Below, in pieces: positions 8,904-18,042 of a stretch of DNA of 61,137 bases. Position numbers and translations under genes: made by a program. The notes beneath the pieces were generated by a model that worked only from the letters and a program-made list of their open reading frames with translations, had not been told where the DNA came from and did not search any database. The stretch is from Vicinamibacteria bacterium. GTDB taxonomy: Bacteria; Acidobacteriota; Vicinamibacteria; Fen-336; JAGNNV01. The DNA lies in the NCBI GenBank assembly GCA_031392925.1, contig JANMVV010000333.1:1-61137 (forward strand). Reading direction: 5' to 3'. The stretch's first letter is position 1. Each line of letters begins with the position of its first letter.

Positions 8904-10664
8904 ATGACTCCACGTCTCCTCACCCTGGCCGCCCTTCTTCTCTCCACCGCCGCCGCCTCGGGGGCTCCCGCTGAAAGACCCGCGAAGAACGCCCCCGCCC
9001 CGCCCCCCAAACCGTTCTCCGTGGTCGAAGCCACCATCCCGGAAATGCGCCTCGCCCTCGAACAGAAGCGAACCACCTCGCGGGAGATCGTCCTTCAATA
9101 CCTGACCCGCATCGCCATATACGAAGACCAGCTGAACGCGGCGATCACCGTGAACAAGGACGCGCTCAAGGAAGCGGATGAACGCGACCGCGAGAGAGCG
9201 GCGGGCAAGCTCCGCGGCCCGCTGCATGGAATTCCCGTGGCCCTCAAGGACAACATCCACACCACCCAGATGCCCACCACCGGCGGCGCGCTCGCCTTCG
9301 CGGGCTTCACCCCGGGCTACGAAGCCACGATCACCGGGAACCTTCGCGACGCGGGCGCCATCATCATCGCGAAGACCGGACTCAGCGAGCTCGCCAACTG
9401 GGTGGCCTCGGGCATGCCGGCGAACTACAACGCGCTCAAGGGCTACGGAATGAATCCCTACGATCCGCGCCGCGATCCGCGCGAGGCGAATTTCGACGGA
9501 CGCCCGGTGCTGAGCACCGGCGGCTCGAGTTCGGGCATCGGGACCTCCGCGAATTTCTGGGCGGCGAACGTGGGCACGGAGACCTCCGGCTCCATCCTGA
9601 GCCCGGCGAACCAGAACATGCTGGCCGCGATCAAGCCGACGGTCGGGCGCATCAGCCGCTATGGGGTCATCCCCATCACCGCCGATCAGGACACCGCGGG
9701 GCCCATGGGACGCACGGTCAGCGACGTCGCGGTGATGATGGGCGTGCTCGAAAGCGCGGCTCCCGACCCCAATGACGCGGCCACCAAGGCCTGCACGCCG
9801 CCGCCGGGCCGCGACTACACGAAATTCCTCAACCCCGCCGGCCTGAAGGGCGCGCGCATCGGCATTCCCCGCGCGTCGTTCTATGACCGCGCGCTCACTC
9901 CCGGCGCGAAGGAACCGCGCGGGGGCCTCAACCCAGACCAGGCCAAGGTCATGGCCGAGGCCATCGAGATCCTGAAGCAGCAGGGCGCCATCATCGTGGA
10001 TCCCGCGGACATCCCGAGCATCGTGGCCACGGACGCCGCGAACAGCTTCCTGAGCTTTGGCACCTGCGGCGGGCTCGACAACGGGAAGGGCAAGGACGCG
10101 GAGTGCTCGGTGGTCCTGAAGTACGGAATGAAGCGCGACTTCAACGCCTGGCTCAAGACCCTCGGCGACGCGGCTCCGGTGAAGACGCTCACCGAGCTTC
10201 GGCAGTGGAACGTGGCCCATCAGAAGGCGGGGGCCATCAAGTACGGCCAGGCCCAGCTCGACATCTCGGACGAGATGGACGTGCAGATGGATCGGTCCCG
10301 CTATCAGGCCGACCGCGCCAAGGACATACGCCTTGCCGGAACCGAGGGCATCGACGCGGCCATGAAAAAGAACAACCTCGACGCTCTCCTCTTCCCCGGC
10401 CCCTCGGGTGCTTCGATCGCGGCCAAGCCCGGTTATCCGACGGTGATCGTGCCCTTCGGCTTCGTGCCCAATGTTCCTTTTGGCGGAGGAGGCGCGGGCG
10501 GGGGCGCGCCGGCAAGTCCCTTCCCGCTCGGGTTCGACCCGAAGCCCGCCCCGTTTGGCGTCAGCTTCACCGGAATGGCCTGCAGTGAACCGAAGCTGCT
10601 TGAGCTCGCCTTCGCTTTCGAACAAGCCACGAAGCGGCGGGCGCCGCCCGCCTCAGCTCCCTGA
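8904..10664 (+). CDS. Secreted amidase (amidase signature family)
   Basis: GPLHGIPVALKDNI, GGSSSG, GTETSGSI catalytic motifs, signal peptide. Confidence 0.93.
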   Translation: MTPRLLTLAALLLSTAAASGAPAERPAKNAPAPPPKPFSVVEATIPEMRLALEQKRTTSREIVLQYLTRIAIYEDQLNAAITVNKDALKEADERDRERAAGKLRGPLHGIPVALKDNIHTTQMPTTGGALAFAGFTPGYEATITGNLRDAGAIIIAKTGLSELANWVASGMPANYNALKGYGMNPYDPRRDPREANFDGRPVLSTGGSSSGIGTSANFWAANVGTETSGSILSPANQNMLAAIKPTVGRISRYGVIPITADQDTAGPMGRTVSDVAVMMGVLESAAPDPNDAATKACTPPPGRDYTKFLNPAGLKGARIGIPRASFYDRALTPGAKEPRGGLNPDQAKVMAEAIEILKQQGAIIVDPADIPSIVATDAANSFLSFGTCGGLDNGKGKDAECSVVLKYGMKRDFNAWLKTLGDAAPVKTLTELRQWNVAHQKAGAIKYGQAQLDISDEMDVQMDRSRYQADRAKDIRLAGTEGIDAAMKKNNLDALLFPGPSGASIAAKPGYPTVIVPFGFVPNVPFGGGGAGGGAPASPFPLGFDPKPAPFGVSFTGMACSEPKLLELAFAFEQATKRRAPPASAP

Positions 10665-10718
10665 AGCCCCTGCCGAAGTTCCCGTCCCGCCCCGGGACCC
10701 GGGCGGACCGTGGGTCAC

Positions 10719-10779
10719 ATTACGTTATGGATTTAATCGTAATAATGTATTTGTATATGGATTGGTGAACCCCTAGCCT
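10719..10779 (+). promoter_or_regulatory. AT-rich terC promoter with upstream inverted repeat
   Basis: ATTACGTT-N9-ATCGTAAT imperfect palindrome (10719-10743). TTGTAT (10751-10756), 17-nt spacer, TAGCCT (10774-10779), 7 nt before the ATG. Confidence 0.6.
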
Positions 10780-10786
10780 TCCCGTC

Positions 10787-11884
10787 ATGTTCTGGATGTA
10801 TGCCGGTTTCATCGCTCTCGTTCTCGTGCTCCTGGCGCTCGACCTGGGCGTCTTCCACCGCAGGGCCCACGTCGTCTCGGTGAGGGAAGCCCTCGGCTGG
10901 TCCGCCTTCTGGATTTCCCTCGGCCTTCTCTTCTCGGGCTTCATCTACGCGGGCTACGAGAACCATTGGATGGGTCTCGGCCTCACCCCCGACCAGATGA
11001 CCATCGAGCCCCTGGAGATCGCCGCGGTCGGCACGGTCTACAACGACGGCTCCGACGCCATGGTCAAGTACCTCACCGGGTACCTCGTGGAGAAGTCGCT
11101 CGCCGTCGACAACATCTTCGTGATCGCCATGCTCTTCGGCTTCTTCGCGGTCCCCCGCATCTATCAGCATCGGGTCCTCTTCTGGGGAATTCTCGGCGCC
11201 CTGCTGATGCGCGGCGCGATGATCGCCCTCGGCGCGCATCTCCTCCAGCGCTTCACCTGGGTCATCTATGTCTTCGGCGGATTCCTGATCCTGACCGGGA
11301 TCAAGATGCTCCTGATCAAGGCCGACGAGACGGATCCGAATCAGAACATCGTGGTGCGCACGATCCGGAGGATCTGGCCGGTAACCGAGAGGTTCCACGG
11401 CGAGCGCTTCTACGTGCGCGCGGGCTCCGACGCCTCCCAGGAAGCCGCGACACCAGGCGCGGCGCCGGAGACCGACCGAATCGTCGACGCGGCCCGGCCG
11501 GGAACGCTTCTCGCCACTCCCCTTCTGCTCGCCCTGATCATGGTCGAAGTGACGGACCTCATCTTCGCGGTCGACTCGATCCCCGCGATCTTCGCCGTCA
11601 CCACCGACCCGTTCCTGGTCTTCACCAGCAACGTCTTCGCCATCCTCGGACTGCGCAGTCTGTACTTCGCTCTCGCTGGAATGATCAACGAGTTCCGCTA
11701 CCTCAAGGTGGCGCTCGCCGTGGTCCTGATGGTCATCGGAGTCAAGATGCTGATCCACTCATGGCTCAAGGAGATCCTCGGCCATGGCTTCAATCTGTAT
11801 CTGCTCGGAGTGGTTCTGGTGATTTTGCTCGCCGGGGTGGTCGTCTCCGTCGTCCACTCGCGTCTCGAGAGCCCGCGAGCCTGA
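10787..11884 (+). CDS. terC: TerC/Alx family membrane protein
   Basis: GYLVEKSLAVDNIFV, QHRVLFWGILGA, EVTDLIFAVDSIPAIFA, TSNVFAILGLRSLYF. Confidence 0.95.
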   Translation: MFWMYAGFIALVLVLLALDLGVFHRRAHVVSVREALGWSAFWISLGLLFSGFIYAGYENHWMGLGLTPDQMTIEPLEIAAVGTVYNDGSDAMVKYLTGYLVEKSLAVDNIFVIAMLFGFFAVPRIYQHRVLFWGILGALLMRGAMIALGAHLLQRFTWVIYVFGGFLILTGIKMLLIKADETDPNQNIVVRTIRRIWPVTERFHGERFYVRAGSDASQEAATPGAAPETDRIVDAARPGTLLATPLLLALIMVEVTDLIFAVDSIPAIFAVTTDPFLVFTSNVFAILGLRSLYFALAGMINEFRYLKVALAVVLMVIGVKMLIHSWLKEILGHGFNLYLLGVVLVILLAGVVVSVVHSRLESPRA

Positions 11885-11896
11885 GAGGGGTCAGTC

Positions 11897-12841
11897 TCAG
11901 GCTTCGGCGTCCGCGGCCACGAGGATCAGGCTCAGCCAAATGAGGTCGGCCGCAAACAGATGGACGACCTGAAGCCAGGTGGGCGCAAGAAGGACGAGGT
12001 TGGTGAGCCCGAGGAACCACTGGATGACAACCAGACCGGCGAGGACCAGGCCGAGCTGGCGAGCATTCGGCCGGTTGGGATTCGTGGTCATCGTCCGGTA
12101 GGCGACCATGAGGACCAGTCCGCCGCCGATCAACGCGATCACGGGGTGAAGGATGCGCAGCCTCAGAAAGATGTGGGAAGCGGACGAGAAGTCCTGGGCG
12201 ATGGCCTCCCGCAGGGTTTCCGCCTTGAACAGGGTGTCGCCGAGGGCGGCGATCGCTCCCGACATCCCCGTCGCCACCAGGGCGAGGACGGCCAGGAGTG
12301 TCGGCCATCCCCGGCTGGCCGACGGGAACGTGGCCCGAAGCGGAGAGACTCGCTCGGAGAAGGGGCGGGGCGAGCCGTCCACGAAACGCGCGGTCAGGAC
12401 GAGTGCGGCCAGGAGCAGGAACGTATTGACCAGGTGACCGGAGATCCAGTAGCCGCGGGCAACCGAGGTGTCGCCGGCCACGCGTTCGAACACCACGAGC
12501 CCCGCGCCCACCGCGGCTTCGGTCAGGATGAGCACCATGGAGGCGGCCGACCAGAAGCGCGCCAGGTGTCCGGCCTCGCGATGACGGCGGACCCGAAGGA
12601 GAACGAAAGCGACCAGGAGCAGGGCGACGCCGCTGGTCAGGCGGTGCGAGTACTCGATCAGGGTTCCCATGGTCGGGGCGAGGGGAACCACCGAACCGTT
12701 GCAGGTGGGCCAGTGCGCCCCGCAGCCCGCCCCCGAGCCGGTGGCTCGGACCACCGCTCCCCACAGGATCACCAAGACGTTCCAGCCGAGCGTGAACCAC
12801 GCCACGCGGGACAGGCTCTTCGACGCGGTCGCCCCACTCAT
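11897..12841 (-). CDS. ctaA: COX15/CtaA family heme A synthase
   Basis: GAVVRATGSGAGCGAHWPTCNG, IEYSHR, conserved His residues, about eight TM helices. Confidence 0.88.
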   Translation of the reverse strand: MSGATASKSLSRVAWFTLGWNVLVILWGAVVRATGSGAGCGAHWPTCNGSVVPLAPTMGTLIEYSHRLTSGVALLLVAFVLLRVRRHREAGHLARFWSAASMVLILTEAAVGAGLVVFERVAGDTSVARGYWISGHLVNTFLLLAALVLTARFVDGSPRPFSERVSPLRATFPSASRGWPTLLAVLALVATGMSGAIAALGDTLFKAETLREAIAQDFSSASHIFLRLRILHPVIALIGGGLVLMVAYRTMTTNPNRPNARQLGLVLAGLVVIQWFLGLTNLVLLAPTWLQVVHLFAADLIWLSLILVAADAEA

Positions 12842-12906
12842 CGAGATACCTGTCCGATGCCTCGGGTTTCACTCGCCGGGCCGGAGTCCGCTAGGGTTTC
12901 GCCCGC

Positions 12907-13986
12907 ATGCACGAGGAAGGTCACCGCCTTTCGGGAGTCGTATTGAAGGTTCAAGGGTTTCTCCCGAAGACTCTTTGGGGACGGTTCGTAGGGGGGGCGG
13001 CGGGCATTGTCGCTCTCGGTCTCGCTTTCGCTCAGCCGGCGGTCCGCCCGAGACGAGAGATTACCCTGACCGCCCAGAGCGTGCCTCTTTCCGCAATCGA
13101 TCCGAAGCTCCAGCGAGTGGGAGACCTCCGGTATCTGGGCGGGCTGTGGTTGAGGTCCGAAGACAAGGGATTCGGCGGCATATCGGGATTGAGCGTCGAG
13201 GAGAAAAGCGGAGAGCTCCGCATCCTCGCGATCACCGACCAGGGAGACAAGCTCATCGGCCGGTTGGTGATCCAGGACGATCAGCTGCGCGGTGTGGATG
13301 CGGCGAGCATCGAGCCGCTGGTGAATCTCGAGGGAGCGCCCATCGCCGGTAAAGCGTTCGGCGACGCCGAGTCGGTCTCGCGCCTGCCCGACGGCCACGT
13401 GCTCGTCGGCTTCGAACAGCATCATCGGATCTGGGCCTACAGCGCCGGCCTGGTCGGGCCGGCGCAGGCGTTCGAAACGCCGGCTGCGCTTCAGGACGCT
13501 CCCTCCAATGGAGGCCTGGAGTCCATCGCCAACTGGCCGGACGGGCGTGTCCTCGCGATCACCGAGCAGATGAAAACCGAACGCGGGAACTTCGCGGCCT
13601 TCCTCCTGCAGGGCGGTCGTTGGTCGGCGCTCGAATGGAGGGCAAGCGCTCCCGGTTTCGAAGCCTCGGACGCGACTGTCCTGCCGAACGGGGATCTCGT
13701 GGTGCTGGAACGCCTCTGGTCCGCGCTCGCCCCCACCGATCTCCGCTCGCGCATCATGCGGGTTCGGGGAGACTCGGTGAAGCCTGGAGCGGTGCTTCAG
13801 GGTGAACTGATGGCCGAGCTCCGGGCTCCCCTCGCCACCGACAACTTCGAAGGAATCACCGCCTATCGTGGCGCGAACGGTGCCGTGCGCCTGCTCCTGG
13901 TGTCGGACGACAACTTCAACCGGGCGCAGCGTACGCTGCTGCTCTCGTTTGAGATCGTCGAACCGCGCCCGGTCGCGAAGCCCTAA
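12907..13986 (+). CDS. Esterase-like activity of phytase family (beta-propeller) secreted protein
   Basis: FGGISG, ITDQG, DAES, FEQHHRI, NGGLE, DNFEG, LVSDDNFN motifs. The start may instead be TTG 12943. Confidence 0.85.
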   Translation: MHEEGHRLSGVVLKVQGFLPKTLWGRFVGGAAGIVALGLAFAQPAVRPRREITLTAQSVPLSAIDPKLQRVGDLRYLGGLWLRSEDKGFGGISGLSVEEKSGELRILAITDQGDKLIGRLVIQDDQLRGVDAASIEPLVNLEGAPIAGKAFGDAESVSRLPDGHVLVGFEQHHRIWAYSAGLVGPAQAFETPAALQDAPSNGGLESIANWPDGRVLAITEQMKTERGNFAAFLLQGGRWSALEWRASAPGFEASDATVLPNGDLVVLERLWSALAPTDLRSRIMRVRGDSVKPGAVLQGELMAELRAPLATDNFEGITAYRGANGAVRLLLVSDDNFNRAQRTLLLSFEIVEPRPVAKP

Positions 13987-14022
13987 CCGGCGGATCGGAC
14001 GGACGCGGGTCGGGGAAGGGTC

Positions 14023-14607
14023 TCAGGCCTTCGGGGTGATGTGGTCGGCGGCGACGTCGTAGGACGCGTGGCAGGCGGGGCAGGTCGCGACCTCGCCGGC
14101 CTTCGACTTGCCGAGCTTCTCGCCGCACCGGCACATCCAGGCGGTGCGCCGCGCCGGATTTCCCATCACCAGCGCGTAGGCGGGAACGTCGCGCGTCACC
14201 ACCGACCCGGCGCCCACGAAGGCGTACTCGCCGATGGTCGACCCGCAGACCACGGTGGCATTAGCGCCGATGGAGGCGCCCTTCTTCACCAGCGTCTTAC
14301 GGTACTCGTCCTTGCGCACCACTTCGCTGCGGGGATTGAAGACGTTGGTGAAAACCATCGATGGACCGCAAAAGACATTGTCCTCGAGTTCCACGCCTTC
14401 ATAGACGCTGACGTTGTTCTGGACCTTGCAGTTATCCCCGACCTTCACATTGGGTCCAATGACCACGTTCTGGCCGATGTTGCACTTCTTCCCGACCTGG
14501 ACGTTCTTCAGGATGTGCGAGAAATGCCAGATCTTCGTGCCCTCGCCGATGGTTGCGGGTTCGTCGATGTAGCTCGATGCGTGGACGAAGTAGTTCTTTT
14601 CTGACAC
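14023..14607 (-). CDS. wbpD: Hexapeptide N-acetyltransferase, WbpD/WlbB type
   Basis: [39 protein letters not shown]-terminal CxCG...CxxC. Confidence 0.88.
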   Translation of the reverse strand: MSEKNYFVHASSYIDEPATIGEGTKIWHFSHILKNVQVGKKCNIGQNVVIGPNVKVGDNCKVQNNVSVYEGVELEDNVFCGPSMVFTNVFNPRSEVVRKDEYRKTLVKKGASIGANATVVCGSTIGEYAFVGAGSVVTRDVPAYALVMGNPARRTAWMCRCGEKLGKSKAGEVATCPACHASYDVAADHITPKA

Positions 14608-14622
14608 TGGTGTTTCCCGTGA

Positions 14623-15612
14623 TTAGAGGCGCTTCTTGAGGATGACCGGCTTGCCCCGGTTGTCGAGGGAACGCTGACCCGCATCGAGGACCCGCAGGAC
14701 GTCGAGACCGTTCCGGCCATCCGTATGCGGGGTCTTGCGGGTGCGGATGCAGTCTGCAAAGTGCAGCAGTTCCTCGCGCAGGGGCTCGAGGTCAGGGAAG
14801 AAGAGGGTCGACTCCGAGGTCTGCCGGATCACCGGTTGCCCGTCCAGCCAGTCGACGCCCTTGTCGAAGAGCCGGAGTTTCCCCTCCTTGACCACGTCAT
14901 CGAAGACCGCCATCCGCTTGCTGCCCACCACCACGAGCTTCTGCTCTTTGAACGGATGCAGCCAGCTCACGAAGATGTGGGCGCGCGCGCCCTTGTCGAA
15001 CTCCAGCGTGGTCATGGTGACGTCGGCCACGCCCTTGCGGAGCCAGCTCTCGCCCGTGGTGGCTACGCTCTTGGGCAGTCGGCCGAGAAGGAGCAGGATG
15101 ACCGAGATGTCGTGGGGCGCGAAGCTCCACAGGATGTTCTCCTCGTGGCGGATCTTCCCAAGATTGAGCCGGTTCGAATAGACGTACTGGATGTCCCCGA
15201 GGTCGCCGGCGTCGACCAGCTCCTTGAGCTTGCGGATCGCGGGATGGTACTGGAGGATGTGGCCGACCATCAGGATCCGCTTCTTCTTCTTCGCGAGATC
15301 GAGGAGAGCCTTCGCCTCCTTCACATCGAGCGCGAGCGGCTTCTCCACGAAGACGTCCTTGCCCGCGGTGAGGGCGGCCTTGGCGATGGCGGCGTGCTGC
15401 GCCGCGGGAGAAGCGATGACGATGGCGTCGATCTCTTTCGACTTCAGGAGATCGGCCAGTGACTTCGTGGCGAGCGCCCCTTGATAGAGCTTCGGCACGC
15501 TCTCGAGCACTTTGGCGCTCGGGTCGCAGATAGCACCCAGCAGACCCATCTGATGAAGATTACGGGCAATGTTCTTGCCCCAGTAGCCGCAGCCGACCAG
15601 ACCGATCTTCAT
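14623..15612 (-). CDS. Gfo/Idh/MocA oxidoreductase, WbpB/WlbA-like nucleotide-sugar 3-dehydrogenase
   Basis: GCGYWG, VFVEKP, MVGHILQYHP, SFAPHD. ATGA overlap with the upstream aminotransferase. Confidence 0.85.
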   Translation of the reverse strand: MKIGLVGCGYWGKNIARNLHQMGLLGAICDPSAKVLESVPKLYQGALATKSLADLLKSKEIDAIVIASPAAQHAAIAKAALTAGKDVFVEKPLALDVKEAKALLDLAKKKKRILMVGHILQYHPAIRKLKELVDAGDLGDIQYVYSNRLNLGKIRHEENILWSFAPHDISVILLLLGRLPKSVATTGESWLRKGVADVTMTTLEFDKGARAHIFVSWLHPFKEQKLVVVGSKRMAVFDDVVKEGKLRLFDKGVDWLDGQPVIRQTSESTLFFPDLEPLREELLHFADCIRTRKTPHTDGRNGLDVLRVLDAGQRSLDNRGKPVILKKRL

Positions 15613-16736
15613 GAGGGGCTGGAGGTCTTGAGGAAGGCGCGCACGACGCCCGCGATCCGTTCCACCTCTTCGAGGGGCAGTTCGGGATAGAGCGGCAGGC
15701 AGACCACTTCGCGAGACAGGTCCTCGGAGACCGGCAGGTCGCCCGCCTTGCCTCCGGCAGGGCTCATGGCGGGCTGAAGGTGAATCGGCCTCGGGTAGTG
15801 AACCGCGGTCGACACCCCGTGCTTCTTCAACTCCTCGATCAGTCCGTCCCGCTTGGGTGTCCGAACCGTATAGAGGTGCCAGGCCGACCGGGCGCCCTTG
15901 GCCTCCTTCGGGGTGATCAGGCCGGGGACCCCGTCGAGCAGCTTCGAATAAAGGGCGGCGCGCACCCGGCGTTCGTCGGTCCACTGCTGGAGGTGGGGCA
16001 GCTTGGCGCGAAGAATCGCAGCCTGGAGGGTGTCAAGACGCGAGTTCGTGCCGACTATCACGTTGTCGTACTTGTTGGTTCCGCCGCCGTGATTCGCGAT
16101 CTGGCGGACTTTCGCGATGAATTCCGTGTCATTCGATACCACCGCGCCCGCGTCGCCGTAAGCGCCGAGATTCTTTCCCGGATAGAAGCTGAAGCATGCG
16201 GCATGACCGAGCGTGCCCGTCTTCTTTCCGTTGAGGGTGGCCGCGTGGCCCTGCGCCGAGTCCTCCAGCACCGGGATGCCATGGGCGGCGGCGATCCGGT
16301 TGATCGCCTCCATCGCGCAGGGATGGCCGTAGAGATGGACGGGGATGATCACCTTCGTCTTCCTGGTGATCGCGGCCTCGAGTTTGTTCGGGTCGAGGGT
16401 GTAGGTGACGTCGTCGACATCCACGAAGACCGGCTTGGCCCCATTCAAGAAGATGGCCTCGCCGGTAGCGATGAACGTGTTGGCCACCGTGACCACCTCG
16501 TCACCTGGGCCCACGCCATAGGCGCGCAGGGCGTAGGTGAGTGCATCCGTGCCATTCGCGACACCGACGCAGGCTTCCGCTCCGCAGAAGGCCGCGAATT
16601 CCTTCTCGAAGGCGCCGCAGTCGGGCCCCTTGATGAAGGCGGTAGTGTCGACGACGCGGGCCATGGCCGCGTCGATGTCATTCTTGATCCGCAGGTACTG
16701 CGCCCTCAGATCGACCATCGGTATCTGTGTGCTCAT
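15609..16736 (-). CDS. DegT/DnrJ/EryC1/StrS aminotransferase (WbpE-like)
   Basis: IPMVDL, ANGTDAL, PVHLYG, EDSAQ, SFYPGKNLGAYGDAG, NSRLDTLQAA. Confidence 0.93.
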   Translation of the reverse strand: MSTQIPMVDLRAQYLRIKNDIDAAMARVVDTTAFIKGPDCGAFEKEFAAFCGAEACVGVANGTDALTYALRAYGVGPGDEVVTVANTFIATGEAIFLNGAKPVFVDVDDVTYTLDPNKLEAAITRKTKVIIPVHLYGHPCAMEAINRIAAAHGIPVLEDSAQGHAATLNGKKTGTLGHAACFSFYPGKNLGAYGDAGAVVSNDTEFIAKVRQIANHGGGTNKYDNVIVGTNSRLDTLQAAILRAKLPHLQQWTDERRVRAALYSKLLDGVPGLITPKEAKGARSAWHLYTVRTPKRDGLIEELKKHGVSTAVHYPRPIHLQPAMSPAGGKAGDLPVSEDLSREVVCLPLYPELPLEEVERIAGVVRAFLKTSSPS

Positions 16737-16790
16737 ATTTATCTCGACGCGGAGCCTATCGCGCGCCGGAGGGTAAAGTAAAGTTTTTTC

Positions 16791-16828
16791 GTTGATACTT
16801 GACACATCAACTGTTGCTTAGTTATCTT
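16791..16828 (+). promoter_or_regulatory. marR promoter with overlapping palindromic operator
   Basis: TTGACA (16799-16804), 18-nt spacer, TATCTT (16823-16828). Palindromes TTGA-CACA-TCAA and GTTGAT-N9-ATCAAC cover the -35 box. Confidence 0.7.
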
Positions 16829-16834
16829 CACCGC

Positions 16835-17335
16835 ATGCCCCAGAGTTCCATTCTTCGCGAACTGCGACAGAGCAAACCCTTCCCCTCGAACCGGGAAGAG
16901 GCGTTCGTGGGAATCCTGCGCACCGCGGACATGCTGCGCTGGAGGATCTCCGAGGTCCTCGAGCCCGAGGGAATCACGCTCGCGCAGTTCAACGTGCTGA
17001 GAATCCTGCGGGGGGCGAGGGACACCGGTCTCCCCACCCTGGAAATCGGGGCTCGTCTGGTGGAGCAGGCCCCCGGGATCACCCGGCTGATCGATCGGCT
17101 GGAGCTCGCAGGGCTGGTCCGGCGCGAACGTCCGCGGGCCGACCGCCGTCAGGTTCTCTGTCATATAGAGAAGAAGGGCCTCGCCCTCCTCTTCCGGCTC
17201 GACACCACCGTTCCCCAGGCGAGCGAAGTCCTCTTCGCGGGGCTGAACGGCGCCCAGATCGACCAGCTCATCACCGGCCTCGATGCCATCCGCAGCGCCT
17301 GCGCCGCGCGCTGCACCTCTTTACGCAAGCAGTAG
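16835..17335 (+). CDS. MarR family transcriptional regulator
   Basis: ITLAQFNVLRILRG, PGITRLIDRLE, DRRQV winged-helix motifs. Confidence 0.93.
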   Translation: MPQSSILRELRQSKPFPSNREEAFVGILRTADMLRWRISEVLEPEGITLAQFNVLRILRGARDTGLPTLEIGARLVEQAPGITRLIDRLELAGLVRRERPRADRRQVLCHIEKKGLALLFRLDTTVPQASEVLFAGLNGAQIDQLITGLDAIRSACAARCTSLRKQ

Positions 17336-17376
17336 ACCCCCACCCCAGAAAGACATTTAATACAAGGAACGCACTC

Positions 17377-17979
17377 ATGAAGACCCCTCTCACCCTCGCC
17401 CTCACCCTGGCCGCTTCGGCCGCCTTTTCCCAGGATGTGTATAACGTCGACAAGGTCCACTCCGAGGTGACCTTCCGCGTCCGCCACTTCGTCTCGAAGG
17501 TTTCGGGCCGCTTCGATGACTTCTCCGGCGCCATCTCCATCGTTCCCGGAAAGCCCGGCGCCTCCTCGGTGGAGTTCGCGATCAAGACCGCGTCCATCAA
17601 CACCGCGAACACCGGTCGTGACACCCACCTCAAGAGTGCGGACTTCTTCGACGCCGAGAAAAACCCCGAGATCACCTTCAAGAGCACGAAGATCGTTCCC
17701 GTGGACGCCGACACCTTCAACGTCACCGGCATCTTCATCATGCACGGCACGGCCAGGGAGCTCACGATTCCCGTCGACTTCGGCGGCACGGTCACCGACC
17801 CGCGCGGCACCGAGAAGGCCGGCTTCAGCCTCAATACGAAGCTCAACCGCAAGGACTACGGCATTGTCTGGAACCAGACCCTCGACTCCGGCGGAATGAT
17901 GCTCGGCGACGAGGTCGAGATCACCGTCAACATCGAGGCGAACAAGAAGAAGCCCGCGGACGCGCCGGTCGTCAAGTGA
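17377..17979 (+). CDS. YceI family secreted protein
   Basis: VDKVHSEVTFRVRH, RDTHLKSADFFD, LNRKDYGI.W. Confidence 0.95.
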   Translation: MKTPLTLALTLAASAAFSQDVYNVDKVHSEVTFRVRHFVSKVSGRFDDFSGAISIVPGKPGASSVEFAIKTASINTANTGRDTHLKSADFFDAEKNPEITFKSTKIVPVDADTFNVTGIFIMHGTARELTIPVDFGGTVTDPRGTEKAGFSLNTKLNRKDYGIVWNQTLDSGGMMLGDEVEITVNIEANKKKPADAPVVK

Positions 17980-18025
17980 CGCCGACCCGCCGTCGCGGAG
18001 TGCTTTCACTTCAGCGCCGGCGTCA
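17977..18025. terminator. Imperfect hairpin between convergent genes
   Basis: TGACGCCG...CGGCGTCA outer stem with an inner stem. No U-tract. Confidence 0.35.
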
Positions 18026-18042
18026 TCCCGGTTCGCCTGTTC

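Noticed and set aside
7830-10625. 931-aa minus-strand ORF, and similar long ORFs at 20429-22504, 37043-39064, 40086-42083 and 55486-58714
   Set aside because: Antisense shadows of real genes caused by high GC3 codon bias. They show no motifs and lie opposite well-supported CDSs.
14623-15984. N-terminally extended ORFs (also 24100-25359, 43869-45146, 52683-53957, 7941-8885)
   Set aside because: The extensions are Arg/Pro-rich off-frame or antisense reads of neighbouring genes. Domain starts or ATGA/GTGA overlaps define the shorter CDSs.
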